Origin: Robiginitomaculum sp.
GTDB lineage: Bacteria > Pseudomonadota > Alphaproteobacteria > Caulobacterales > Maricaulaceae
Direction of reading: 5' to 3'
Assembly (NCBI GenBank): GCA_026982415.1
Contig: JALSHE010000034.1
Location: 9,279-73,278, forward strand
DNA length: 64,000 nucleotides
Below, one piece after another: positions 28,746 through 37,894 of this stretch. A program made the translations under genes and the position numbers. The first letter of the stretch is position 1. Each line of letters opens with the position of its first letter. The notes below the pieces were generated by a model that saw only the letters and a program-made list of their open reading frames with translations, did not search any database and was not told the DNA's origin.

Positions 28746-28748
28746 GGC

Positions 28749-29072
28749 TTACCCCTTCTTCTTATACATGGCGAGCATTCGTTGGGTGACTAGGAAGCCG
28801 CCGAAAATGTTGACTGCGCACAGGAGGGTGGCGATGAAGCCTAGCCCGCTGGCTAGGTTGATACCATCTGATGCTGCGGTGGATACAGCGACAAGCGCGC
28901 CTACGATAATCACCGAAGAAATAGCATTGGTCACAGCCATGAGCGGCGTGTGTAGGGCAGGAGTCACCGCCCACACCACAAAATAACCAACAAAGATCGC
29001 CAGCACAAAGATTGCTAGTTGAAACACGACGGGAGAAATCCCGGCTGCGCCTGCCATAATAATCATTTCCAT
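28749..29072 (-). CDS. pntA: NAD(P) transhydrogenase subunit alpha part 2 (membrane)
   Basis: It is 107 aa with three hydrophobic helices and the C-terminal motif GGF.VT.RML.M.KKK. Confidence 0.9.
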   Translation of the reverse strand: MEMIIMAGAAGISPVVFQLAIFVLAIFVGYFVVWAVTPALHTPLMAVTNAISSVIIVGALVAVSTAASDGINLASGLGFIATLLCAVNIFGGFLVTQRMLAMYKKKG

Positions 29073-29082
29073 CTTAAATCCT

Positions 29083-30210
29083 CTAAAGTAGACGTTCGTG
29101 GACGACTTCGCCGTCCTTGGTTAGGGCGCAGCCTTGGATGATTTCGTCGTCCCAGTCTGGGGCGTATGTGCCGTCCTCGCTGGTGACCAATGGCAAGAAG
29201 TTGCGGATATTGCGGGCGAATAGAGACGAACTATCTGCGGCCATACGGGACGGCCAGTTGAGCAGGCCGACAATTTTTACGCCGTTCGTAGTGGTGACAA
29301 TCTCGCCGGGCTTTGCGCCCTCGACATTGCCGCCGCGTTCTATCGCCAAATCGACCAGAACCGAACCTGGCTTCATGGTCTTGATCATGGCTTTAGTGAT
29401 GAGGCGCGGCGCCGGACGCCCCGGTATCAGCGCCGTTGTGATGACAATATCTTGTTTGGCAATATGCTTGGCGGTCAGTTCGGCCTGTAATTTTTGATAT
29501 TCAGACGACATTTGTTTGGCATAACCACCCGCCGTTTCGGCCTCTTTAAATTCTTCGTTCTCCACCGCGATAAATTTCGCACCGAGGGACGCGACTTGCT
29601 CTTTGGTGGCGGGGCGCACATCTGTAGCTGTGGTAACGGCACCAAGGCGCCTAGCGGTGGCAATGGCTTGCAAGCCCGCGACCCCGACACCCATAATAAA
29701 AGTTTTGGCCGGAGCAATGGTGCCCGCCGCCGTCATCATCATCGGGAAAGCGCGGCCATAAATAGCGGCGGCTTCGACAACACTTCTATAACCGGAGAGA
29801 TTGGATTGGGACGAGAGAATATCCATGCTTTGGGCGCGGGATATGCGCGGAATATATTCCCCCGCATAAGCGGTGACATTCGCTTTTGCACAGGCTTTGG
29901 CATAATCAGGATGGTCGGTTGGGTTCATCAGGCCAAATATGCCTGCGCCCTTTTTCATCTTGGTCACAAGGGCTTTGGAGCCGCCGTTAATGGACATGAC
30001 GAAATCAGCCGATTTCACAGATGCATCATTGGTAGCGCTAATCGTCGCGCCTGCATCTTTATAGTCCGCATCGCTAAAATTGGCTTTCTTGCCAGCGCCT
30101 TTAGTGACGTTTACACTATGACCTGCGGCGACATAAAACTTAACCGCGTCCGGAGTGGCCGCGACCCGTGCTTCGTCTGCACCCGTTTCTTTAATGACTG
30201 CAATTTTCAA
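29083..30210 (-). CDS. pntA: NAD(P) transhydrogenase subunit alpha part 1 (dI, NAD(H)-binding)
   Basis: It has an AlaDH/PNT domain with a Rossmann motif (MGVGVAGLQAIATARRLGA). Confidence 0.93.
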   Translation of the reverse strand: MKIAVIKETGADEARVAATPDAVKFYVAAGHSVNVTKGAGKKANFSDADYKDAGATISATNDASVKSADFVMSINGGSKALVTKMKKGAGIFGLMNPTDHPDYAKACAKANVTAYAGEYIPRISRAQSMDILSSQSNLSGYRSVVEAAAIYGRAFPMMMTAAGTIAPAKTFIMGVGVAGLQAIATARRLGAVTTATDVRPATKEQVASLGAKFIAVENEEFKEAETAGGYAKQMSSEYQKLQAELTAKHIAKQDIVITTALIPGRPAPRLITKAMIKTMKPGSVLVDLAIERGGNVEGAKPGEIVTTTNGVKIVGLLNWPSRMAADSSSLFARNIRNFLPLVTSEDGTYAPDWDDEIIQGCALTKDGEVVHERLL

Positions 30211-30261
30211 GATGTTGTCCTTTTAAAAAAAAGCGGAGATTTAGGTAAAAAGTACGGAGGT

Positions 30262-30549
30262 TTAGGTTATGGCCGAGAAGAATATGCCAATCACGCCTGC
30301 CAAAATGGCCAATCCAAACAAGGTGGCATACCAACCGCCGCCGAGCTTGAAAGCTGGGGCAATAACAACGCCAACAATAAATGAAATGACCAATGCAAGT
30401 GGCCAGCCCAATTTAGCGCCGAACACCAAAATCGGCATCAGCAAAACAACAATGAAAAATGCTGTGAAAAATGCTGACAACCGAACAAAACCTTTGAACG
30501 TTTTGTCTTGGCCGACGATGGACATATTGCCGTGAACGTAATCTGACAT
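30262..30549 (-). CDS. Small membrane protein with an aa3-type cytochrome oxidase subunit IV-like N-terminus
   Basis: The N-terminus HGNMSIVGQDKTFKGFVRL resembles the bacterial COX4 (HG.MD...Q..TF.GF) motif. Such genes commonly precede pntA in alphaproteobacteria, as far as I recall. Confidence 0.5.
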   Translation of the reverse strand: MSDYVHGNMSIVGQDKTFKGFVRLSAFFTAFFIVVLLMPILVFGAKLGWPLALVISFIVGVVIAPAFKLGGGWYATLFGLAILAGVIGIFFSAIT

Positions 30550-30828
30550 GAAATGCTCCTAATCTAGTCTATGTGTTAATTTGAAGTTCAAATAACACGG
30601 TAATCATTGCACATACAAGTGCAGGAAGTCGATTAAATGGGCAATTCAAATAAAATATTCCTCCGTTCAAATGAATTTCTAAAAATAAACAAGATATTTG
30701 AACGGCCTTAAGAGCATTTTTACGCCTCTGTGGCATATTGGACATCGAAATGAGTTGGGAAAACCCGACCATCATGCTCGCTAGCGCTTATCTTGGCATG
30801 CTTTGGGGCAGTAAAACAGGTGAATAAA

Positions 30829-32295
30829 ATGGGCAAAACGGTACTTATCGTTGATGATGATCCGACTCAGCGGCGTATATTGCAGGCGGTTATTGAGAAG
30901 AGCGGTTTTTCTACATTACAGGCCGCCGACGGGGATGGGGCGCTTGATATTGCTTTGTCACCAGATGGTAAAAAAATTGATTTAATGTTACTCGACTTGA
31001 TTATGCCAGGCCGTGACGGTATGGATACCCTCAAAGAATTATCGGCAAAGCTGCCTGATTTACCCGTGATTGTGCTGACGGGTAAGGGTAGTATTGACGC
31101 AGTTGTCGCAGCTATGCAGGCGGGAGCGCGGGATTTCTTGGTCAAGCCAGCCAGCCGCGAACGTATTGTGGTCTCTTTGCGCAATGCACTGGAAATGAAA
31201 ACGCTGGTCGGTGAAGTGACGCGGCTCAAGAAAAGTAGTGCAGGCGAGCTGACCTTTGACGACCTTATCGGCAATGCATCGTCTATGCGCAGTGTGGTTG
31301 CCATGGGCGAACGCGGTGCCAAAGCCAATATCCCTATCCTGATAACAGGCGAAAGCGGTGTCGGTAAAGAAGTGGTGGCGCGCGCCATTCAAGGTACATC
31401 TGAGCGTATTGGTCGCCCGTTCATTACGGTCAACTGTGGCGCTATTCCTGAAAACCTAGTTGAGAGCATTTTGTTTGGCCACGAAAAGGGTAGCTTTACG
31501 GGTGCGAATACCAGACACCTTGGTAAATTCCAAGAAGCCAATACGGGTACGTTATTCCTCGATGAGGTTGGTGAATTACCCCTCGCTATGCAAGTTAAAT
31601 TGCTACGGGTTCTCCAAGAAGGCGAGGTTGACCCTATTGGTTCAAAGCGCCCGATCAAGGTTGATGTGCGGATTATCTCAGCTACCAACCGCGACCTAGC
31701 AGAAGCTGTGAAAGCGGGGGAATTCCGCGAAGATTTGTATTACCGTCTCAATGTGTTCCCGATTGAAATTCCGGCTCTGCGGGATCGCCGCGAGGATATT
31801 TCAGCTTTGCTTGAACACTTTATCAAGCGGGTTAATGCCCAAGAACGCCGTAGTGTGCGCGGGGTCGATGCGGCGGCACTTGATATGCTGAAAAACTTTG
31901 ATTGGCCCGGCAATGTACGGCAATTGGAAAACGCCGTGTTCCGCGCGGTTATTCTGTCGGACGGACATACTTTGCAGCCGCAAGATTTTCCGCAAATATC
32001 TGGTATGGCTCCGGCAATTCCGGTTCAGGAAGTGGCTGGTTTGCAAAAAGAAGTGGCAGGCAAGGCCACTAATTTGGGCGAGGAGGAGAGCAATAAACTC
32101 AAATTCCTTGACCGCAGTGGGCACCTACGGTCTCTCGAAGATATTGAACGTGATCTGATCCAGTTCGCCATTGAAAACTATTCCGGGCACATGTCCGAAG
32201 TGGCAAGGCGTCTCGGTATTGGTCGCTCGACCCTGTACCGCAAAGTGCGGGAGCATGAACTGGATACGGATGTTAAACAAGTTGCGCAAAAATAA
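30829..32295 (+). CDS. Sigma-54-dependent response regulator (NtrC family, TacA-like)
   Basis: It has a receiver domain (VLIVDDDPTQRR...LLDLIMPGRDG), an AAA+ domain (GESGVGKE, GSFTGA) and a C-terminal Fis-type HTH (RRLGIGRSTLYRKV). Confidence 0.85.
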   Translation: MGKTVLIVDDDPTQRRILQAVIEKSGFSTLQAADGDGALDIALSPDGKKIDLMLLDLIMPGRDGMDTLKELSAKLPDLPVIVLTGKGSIDAVVAAMQAGARDFLVKPASRERIVVSLRNALEMKTLVGEVTRLKKSSAGELTFDDLIGNASSMRSVVAMGERGAKANIPILITGESGVGKEVVARAIQGTSERIGRPFITVNCGAIPENLVESILFGHEKGSFTGANTRHLGKFQEANTGTLFLDEVGELPLAMQVKLLRVLQEGEVDPIGSKRPIKVDVRIISATNRDLAEAVKAGEFREDLYYRLNVFPIEIPALRDRREDISALLEHFIKRVNAQERRSVRGVDAAALDMLKNFDWPGNVRQLENAVFRAVILSDGHTLQPQDFPQISGMAPAIPVQEVAGLQKEVAGKATNLGEEESNKLKFLDRSGHLRSLEDIERDLIQFAIENYSGHMSEVARRLGIGRSTLYRKVREHELDTDVKQVAQK

Positions 32296-32426
32296 TCGGA
32301 TCAGCCAGATATATTTGACAAATTGTCACACCCTGCCCCGTTTTAATGAGATTTAAACCTAATTTCCCTAATTCTACCCGTGAACCACGCGTGCGTGAAC
32401 TGAAAACTAAATACGGGGGAAGCTTC

Positions 32427-34091
32427 ATGGCATCCAAAACGACAAAAGCTCTGTTAATGGCTGGTATTGCTGCCATCGCTATATCGACACCGATTTTAGC
32501 CTATAACGGTCTGGGCTTGCGCGGCGTCCAACAAGCCCCGCAAACATATGATATGCAATATGCTGGCGGCGCCTATGTCGCTCCACAAGCCCAAAATATT
32601 TATCAGGGCTATTCTCAACAACAAAATTATGCCCGCCAGGAAGTTTCAGACGCTTATCAAGCCCAGCAACCAATCTATACGGGTTCTTATATTGAAGCAA
32701 ATTCGCAAATTCCGGTTGGTAATTATACAGGCGGACTTGGCCTGCGCGGCGCTAGTCAAGCATTTAACCCAAGCTTTAATGTTGGTGGAACCTCCGTGAC
32801 CACAAATGTCAAGCACACAAGGCGCATGCTGGATTGGCAAGAGAACACCACAGGGAAAACCCTGACATTGTTGGCTAATCGGGCCAATGGTACGCTGGCA
32901 CCCAACTCTCTCACTATTGGCGGCGCTATGAAGGCCGGACTTATGTGGCAAACCACATCCCAGGCGGGCGCATTTCCTATCTTGTCACGCTTCCCGGATT
33001 TCACGGGCGGCACGGAAACTTCGTCCGGTGTTTTTGCAATTAACAATGCCGCCCTCGCATTCACGGGTAGTTTTGGCGATTGGACTTCATTCTATCTCCA
33101 GCCTGAATACTCCGAGACCGAGTTTTTTGGTCAGGCAGAATTTCAACTGCGCAAAGCCTTTGTTGTTTTTGGCAATCTGGAAAAGTCACCATTTTACGCC
33201 GCATTCGGGCGTAAGACCATAGATTTTGGTAATTTTGACGGCTATAATGCTTTTACTCAAACCGAGGCACAGCACTATTTTTGGGCCGCAAGTGACCAGC
33301 CAGTTTTAGAGCTTGGCTATTACAATATGTATTCTGGCCTGAAATTATCCGCCACCGCCTTTAGCGGTGGACGGCAATTGCGGACTGCCTATGCGGGCGC
33401 AGAAAACGAAAATAAAATCGCCAACTTTGCGGCCAGTGTTGAGAAAGAATTCCGGTTCGGGAACGGTAATGCCTTCACCGTCGGCACGAGCTATATGCAC
33501 GATACTATCTACCGCAATAATTTCACGGCGCATACATTTGGCCTTATCGGTTCATTGCCGCCGCCTGCGAACTTTATTTCCTACCGCAATGGCGCCGTTG
33601 ATGCTTTCGCCGAATTTAACAGCCCGTCTTGGGATATGATGGTGGAATACACCGCTTCTCTCAAGCCGTGGGGTGCTGCTATACCGCAAGACGCCAATGG
33701 TTTTGTTGACCCTGCCTATATAATCGACCCGCTCGGCGCGCCGGATGATATTAACAATATTAGTTTTGACCAAAAACTAAGCGTACTTACCGCGCAGGTT
33801 CGCTATAAACCCCTATTGCCAAATGGTCGCCGCCTCCAAGTCGCAGCCGTGGGTAGTTGGGGCAATATTGGCGATAATTTCATCGGTGTCGGCATTGGTG
33901 GTCAGCCCACGACTTGGGAAAAAAACCAACAACATGCGCTCAGTGTTCAGTACCCTGTTAGCGATTATCTCGATTTCGGTGTGGAATATGTCTACAATAA
34001 AGGCTTCATCCCCTTCGTAGCCCCGCAACTCGTCTCAAACGACGACGTAACCGCCCACGCGGTCAATGTCGGCTTTAAAGCGAGATTTTAG
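32427..34091 (+). CDS. Hypothetical outer-membrane beta-barrel (porin-like) protein
   Basis: A signal peptide is followed by a Q/Y/A-rich low-complexity region with a duplicated GLGLRG motif. Alternating beta-strand-like segments follow, and the C-terminus ends in ...VNVGFKARF with a terminal Phe. Confidence 0.55.
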   Translation: MASKTTKALLMAGIAAIAISTPILAYNGLGLRGVQQAPQTYDMQYAGGAYVAPQAQNIYQGYSQQQNYARQEVSDAYQAQQPIYTGSYIEANSQIPVGNYTGGLGLRGASQAFNPSFNVGGTSVTTNVKHTRRMLDWQENTTGKTLTLLANRANGTLAPNSLTIGGAMKAGLMWQTTSQAGAFPILSRFPDFTGGTETSSGVFAINNAALAFTGSFGDWTSFYLQPEYSETEFFGQAEFQLRKAFVVFGNLEKSPFYAAFGRKTIDFGNFDGYNAFTQTEAQHYFWAASDQPVLELGYYNMYSGLKLSATAFSGGRQLRTAYAGAENENKIANFAASVEKEFRFGNGNAFTVGTSYMHDTIYRNNFTAHTFGLIGSLPPPANFISYRNGAVDAFAEFNSPSWDMMVEYTASLKPWGAAIPQDANGFVDPAYIIDPLGAPDDINNISFDQKLSVLTAQVRYKPLLPNGRRLQVAAVGSWGNIGDNFIGVGIGGQPTTWEKNQQHALSVQYPVSDYLDFGVEYVYNKGFIPFVAPQLVSNDDVTAHAVNVGFKARF

Positions 34092-34106
34092 AGACATCAG
34101 GCTCGC

Positions 34107-35183
34107 CTAATATCCACACCTGTTTTCATCTATCTTGTCTTTGGTGCGGGCTATGAAGGCGCTTATGTTTTTCATCTGCACGAAACGTTTTGGCACCGGG
34201 TAAATCAGGAGTAGGTATTGCCCTTCGCCTACATCTTTGGCGTTAAATGTCGGGTTTTTGGGATCGTCTACAATGATCGGATGAACATTGGCCATTTTGA
34301 CACCGGGTATGCGTATTTCAAGCCGCTCCGGTGTGCCTAATAGTCCGGCGGAATGGAAGCTACCGTCTATGTGCATAACTTTGCGTCCTGGATTGGCTTT
34401 CATGTGGTTGGCTATGCTTTCAGCCATAGTATCGTCGCGTGAGACTTGCGCGGCGTAGCGGTAAAACCGTTTCTTTTCTTTTTCAGCCTCGCTTTCATCA
34501 CCGCCGACGCTGTGGCTTGGTACGGCAGCCAGGAATGCATAATATTTGTCTTTATAGGCGCCGTCCTCCAGATGCAATTTATCGGCGGCCCAGCTACGCG
34601 GCTCCCCCTTAAGTGTGTTGAGGAAATCCGGGCCACGTTCCCCGATACACGAAACCATATTGCCCGGAATCTCCGAAGCGATTACGGGCAGGCCGTTGGT
34701 TTTTGCAAATTCCACAAGCGGGCGATAGGACGAACGGTAATGGGGCCAAGCCTTACCGTCGTGGATAAGCGTTTCCTCGCCGATTTTCCCGGCTAGATAA
34801 TCATCAACCACACTTTGTTGGGAACGCTCAAACTGTTCCATGGACAATGTCATGTCAGTATATTTGGCATGCAGGCCGGAAAATATTTTCGACTGCACAT
34901 AATGGCTGGCCGCATGGCCGTGGGCTTCACCAATGAAAATGGCGTCATAACCTGCAAGGTCGGCAACCACCGTGTCCATATCAACCACACGCGGCGCTAC
35001 ATTGCCTAGTTGGGTTTCGATGAGAATGAAATCTGAGAAGCTGTTTATAGGGGCGGAGACGGTAAATTGGTCTCCGTTTTGCGTTACCGATACTTTGGGC
35101 ACCTTCGTGTCGTTGGTAACTGTGGTGCAGGCCGTCAGGTAAATTGCGGCGACGCCAAAAGCTAGGGTTTTTAAATTGGTCAT
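34107..35183 (-). CDS. ChaN-family (haem-binding uptake, Tiki-like) lipoprotein
   Basis: It has a lipobox (AAIYLTAC|TT) and the motif DAIFIGEAHGHAASH. It sits next to a TonB-dependent receptor. Confidence 0.62.
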   Translation of the reverse strand: MTNLKTLAFGVAAIYLTACTTVTNDTKVPKVSVTQNGDQFTVSAPINSFSDFILIETQLGNVAPRVVDMDTVVADLAGYDAIFIGEAHGHAASHYVQSKIFSGLHAKYTDMTLSMEQFERSQQSVVDDYLAGKIGEETLIHDGKAWPHYRSSYRPLVEFAKTNGLPVIASEIPGNMVSCIGERGPDFLNTLKGEPRSWAADKLHLEDGAYKDKYYAFLAAVPSHSVGGDESEAEKEKKRFYRYAAQVSRDDTMAESIANHMKANPGRKVMHIDGSFHSAGLLGTPERLEIRIPGVKMANVHPIIVDDPKNPTFNAKDVGEGQYLLLIYPVPKRFVQMKNISAFIARTKDKIDENRCGY

Positions 35184-35249
35184 ATTTTCTCCATAAAAAA
35201 AAGGGACGGGGGTCAATAACCCCCATCCCGACAAGCTCAGTACACCCGC

Positions 35250-37805
35250 TTAGAATTTTTTGCGTACAGTTGCACCAAATTCTCTTGGTAAGCGCGGATT
35301 GCCACCAAAGGCACGCTGGAACGATTGGTTCGGATCAATAAAACGCTGGGCTGAAACCACGGCATCTTCATTGGTTAAATTCCGCCCCCAGACAGTGATG
35401 CTCAGAGTGTCGGTTTCAAGGCCGATACTACCATTGACCAAAGTATTGGAACCAACCCAAGCAAGATTATGTACTTGCACAAATTTCTTGCTTTCATGGG
35501 AGGCATTGGCGTTCAGGGTAAGATCCATCACATCGGTTAATGCACGGGTATAATTCATCCCAACATTAAATGTGTTCTTGGGCGAGCGCGGTAATTGCCG
35601 CCCAACGATGGAGCCGTACAAGGTATTTTCGGAACTACAGGCCAACGCTGGATCTTGCAGTCCGATCGAACAGTTTAAGCGCCCATCGTCCGCCACATCC
35701 AGATGTCTGCCCTCATTAAGATCCGTACCAGCAAGTATCTCAGAATCTGCAAGGGCATAATTTGCATTCAAAATCAAACCTGGAACACTTGGTACACGGT
35801 AGACCAGTTCGGCCTCCAGCCCCATAACCCGCACTTTACCAACATTGGAGATAACCGTTGTGGTTATATTGTTGGGCAGTGTTAGCGATTGGGTCAATTG
35901 GTAATCTGAGATGGTGTTATGAAAACCAGCCAGATTTAAAATCAACTGACCGTCCATGAAGGTGTTTTTAACACCACCCTCAAACGCCCAGACGGTTTCC
36001 TCATCGTAATTGCCAAAACCAAGTGGCCCTGCATTGATATTGTTAAAACCGCCGGGCTTGTCACCGCGTGCCGCTATCGCATAGACATTGGTGCTGTCAT
36101 TAACCGCGTACTTAGCCGTGAAACGTGGGTTAAAACTATTGAATGTGCCTTCGCGTATTACTTGCGGGTCTTCGGTCATAGAAACCAATTGACCAAGATA
36201 GTCATATGTAGCTGTTCTATCGACAGAATTATCAATAATTCTTTCCGATTTATACCGTGCCTCTGCAGTTATGGACACTGCATCCAAGACATCAAAGTCA
36301 ACGCTACCAAATAGCGCTAGATTGCGGCGTTCGCTTTTGAATATTCCTCGAAACGCTGCAAATTGAAGATCTTCCAATTGGCTTCCGAAATTCAGTGTCG
36401 AAATAAAATGAGGAGAGGAAAAACACGGGGTAATCAGATCACTACCGCGTGCGGCACACTCTGCGTTCATACGGGCTACCTGGGTAGCAAAGCCGTCAGC
36501 CAGTAATTGCGGTAATGCAGACGGTGCCTGTCTATTGCCCTCAACTCTGGAAAAACCATCATAATAATATCCGCCCAGCAAACCTTGCCAATTTTCGGCT
36601 TCATAATTGAGACGTAATTCATGAGAACGGTCATCGGACTTGCCTTCGGAAGAAGATGCAAAATCAGCAGGGTCACTAATAACATAACCATGAAAGAAAA
36701 ACCCAGCGCCAACCGGGAATAATGGCCCAATATAAACTGAAAAGGGACTTAGGCTATCCGCCGAATGGTCGAAATCAAATTTACTATCAAAAACACTGCC
36801 GTTAAATCCGTTGATGAACTCCAGATTAAGTTGGTCTGACAGGTCATAACTGATAGACAGGCTGGTTTGCATACTTTCCGTGCGTTCATAACCTTTTTGA
36901 TCCAAAAGTCGTTCATCATCATAGGCGATTGGACGATTGGTTATTTCGCCGCCGAAATATCGACCATTGCCAAGATAAGTACCGCCGCTATCCGGGAACA
37001 AATTATTTTCGGATGGGTCAGTTAGGAACAAACGTGGTTGGTCATCGTCCAATTTGTTAAACCGCACTCGCGCCCGTACATTCAGGCGATCTGAAGGCTC
37101 ATAAAATACGGCTAGAGATGCCGCAGCAGATTCTTGCTGGCCAACTTTTTCGCCGTTAAAGGTATTGAGAAACGGCCCGCCGCGTTTGAAATAACGCCCA
37201 TGTACGCTGGCTGAAACCGTATCGCTTACAGGGCCGCGCAGTGTGCCGCCAAGTTCAAAGCGGCCAAAACTGCCTGCTTCAGCTTTTATCTCGCCTGACG
37301 CTTCGTCGGTCGGAGATTTTGTGATAATATTGATAGCACCTGAATAGGTGTTGCGGCCATAGAGCGCCGACTGTGGCCCTTTGACCACTTCGATCCGCTC
37401 CACGTCCGTAAGGTCGTAATCTAGGATCGAGCCATTGAGTAAAATGCCGTCAACAAATGTAGAAACACCTGAAGCCCCTAAAATAGTCGCTTGCCCGCGA
37501 ATAACCGGACGCACACCATTGGTGCGGCCAAATTCGTCGTCCAAAGTAAAGCCAGGCGTGGATTTAGCGATGTCCGACATATCACGAATGCCTGCCGCTT
37601 CAATCATACTGGACGTGAATGCCGATATTGACAAAGGTGCTTCTTGGATATTTTCTGCACGTTTACGCGCCGTAACCACGATTTCGTCCAAGCGCGTAAT
37701 TTTGCTTTGATCGTCGTCGCTTTGCGCGTTCGCCGTTGTACCGATGCTCATAAGCAGTCCAAATACTGCGCCTGAACCGATTAGATGTTTTTTATATTTA
37801 CTCAT
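35250..37805 (-). CDS. TonB-dependent outer-membrane receptor
   Basis: It has a signal peptide, a plug region (DEIVVTARKRAENIQEAPLSISAF) and a C-terminal barrel ending in ...ATVRKKF. An AGGAGGGG SD lies upstream. Confidence 0.9.
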   Translation of the reverse strand: MSKYKKHLIGSGAVFGLLMSIGTTANAQSDDDQSKITRLDEIVVTARKRAENIQEAPLSISAFTSSMIEAAGIRDMSDIAKSTPGFTLDDEFGRTNGVRPVIRGQATILGASGVSTFVDGILLNGSILDYDLTDVERIEVVKGPQSALYGRNTYSGAINIITKSPTDEASGEIKAEAGSFGRFELGGTLRGPVSDTVSASVHGRYFKRGGPFLNTFNGEKVGQQESAAASLAVFYEPSDRLNVRARVRFNKLDDDQPRLFLTDPSENNLFPDSGGTYLGNGRYFGGEITNRPIAYDDERLLDQKGYERTESMQTSLSISYDLSDQLNLEFINGFNGSVFDSKFDFDHSADSLSPFSVYIGPLFPVGAGFFFHGYVISDPADFASSSEGKSDDRSHELRLNYEAENWQGLLGGYYYDGFSRVEGNRQAPSALPQLLADGFATQVARMNAECAARGSDLITPCFSSPHFISTLNFGSQLEDLQFAAFRGIFKSERRNLALFGSVDFDVLDAVSITAEARYKSERIIDNSVDRTATYDYLGQLVSMTEDPQVIREGTFNSFNPRFTAKYAVNDSTNVYAIAARGDKPGGFNNINAGPLGFGNYDEETVWAFEGGVKNTFMDGQLILNLAGFHNTISDYQLTQSLTLPNNITTTVISNVGKVRVMGLEAELVYRVPSVPGLILNANYALADSEILAGTDLNEGRHLDVADDGRLNCSIGLQDPALACSSENTLYGSIVGRQLPRSPKNTFNVGMNYTRALTDVMDLTLNANASHESKKFVQVHNLAWVGSNTLVNGSIGLETDTLSITVWGRNLTNEDAVVSAQRFIDPNQSFQRAFGGNPRLPREFGATVRKKF

Positions 37806-37894
37806 TGTAGTCCCCTCCTAAATTTGAACTTTAATGCTTCTTTCTTGCTTATTTTGGCCGGCAAAATCGCCGGCCAATTGTGATCCTGATACCC

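Noticed and set aside
30793-30812. A sigma-54 promoter-like sequence, TGGCATGCTTTGGGGCA, just upstream of the tacA-like start.
   Set aside because: The GG to GC spacing is 11 rather than 10, and the -12 element lacks TTGC. It sits only about 20 nt from the start codon.
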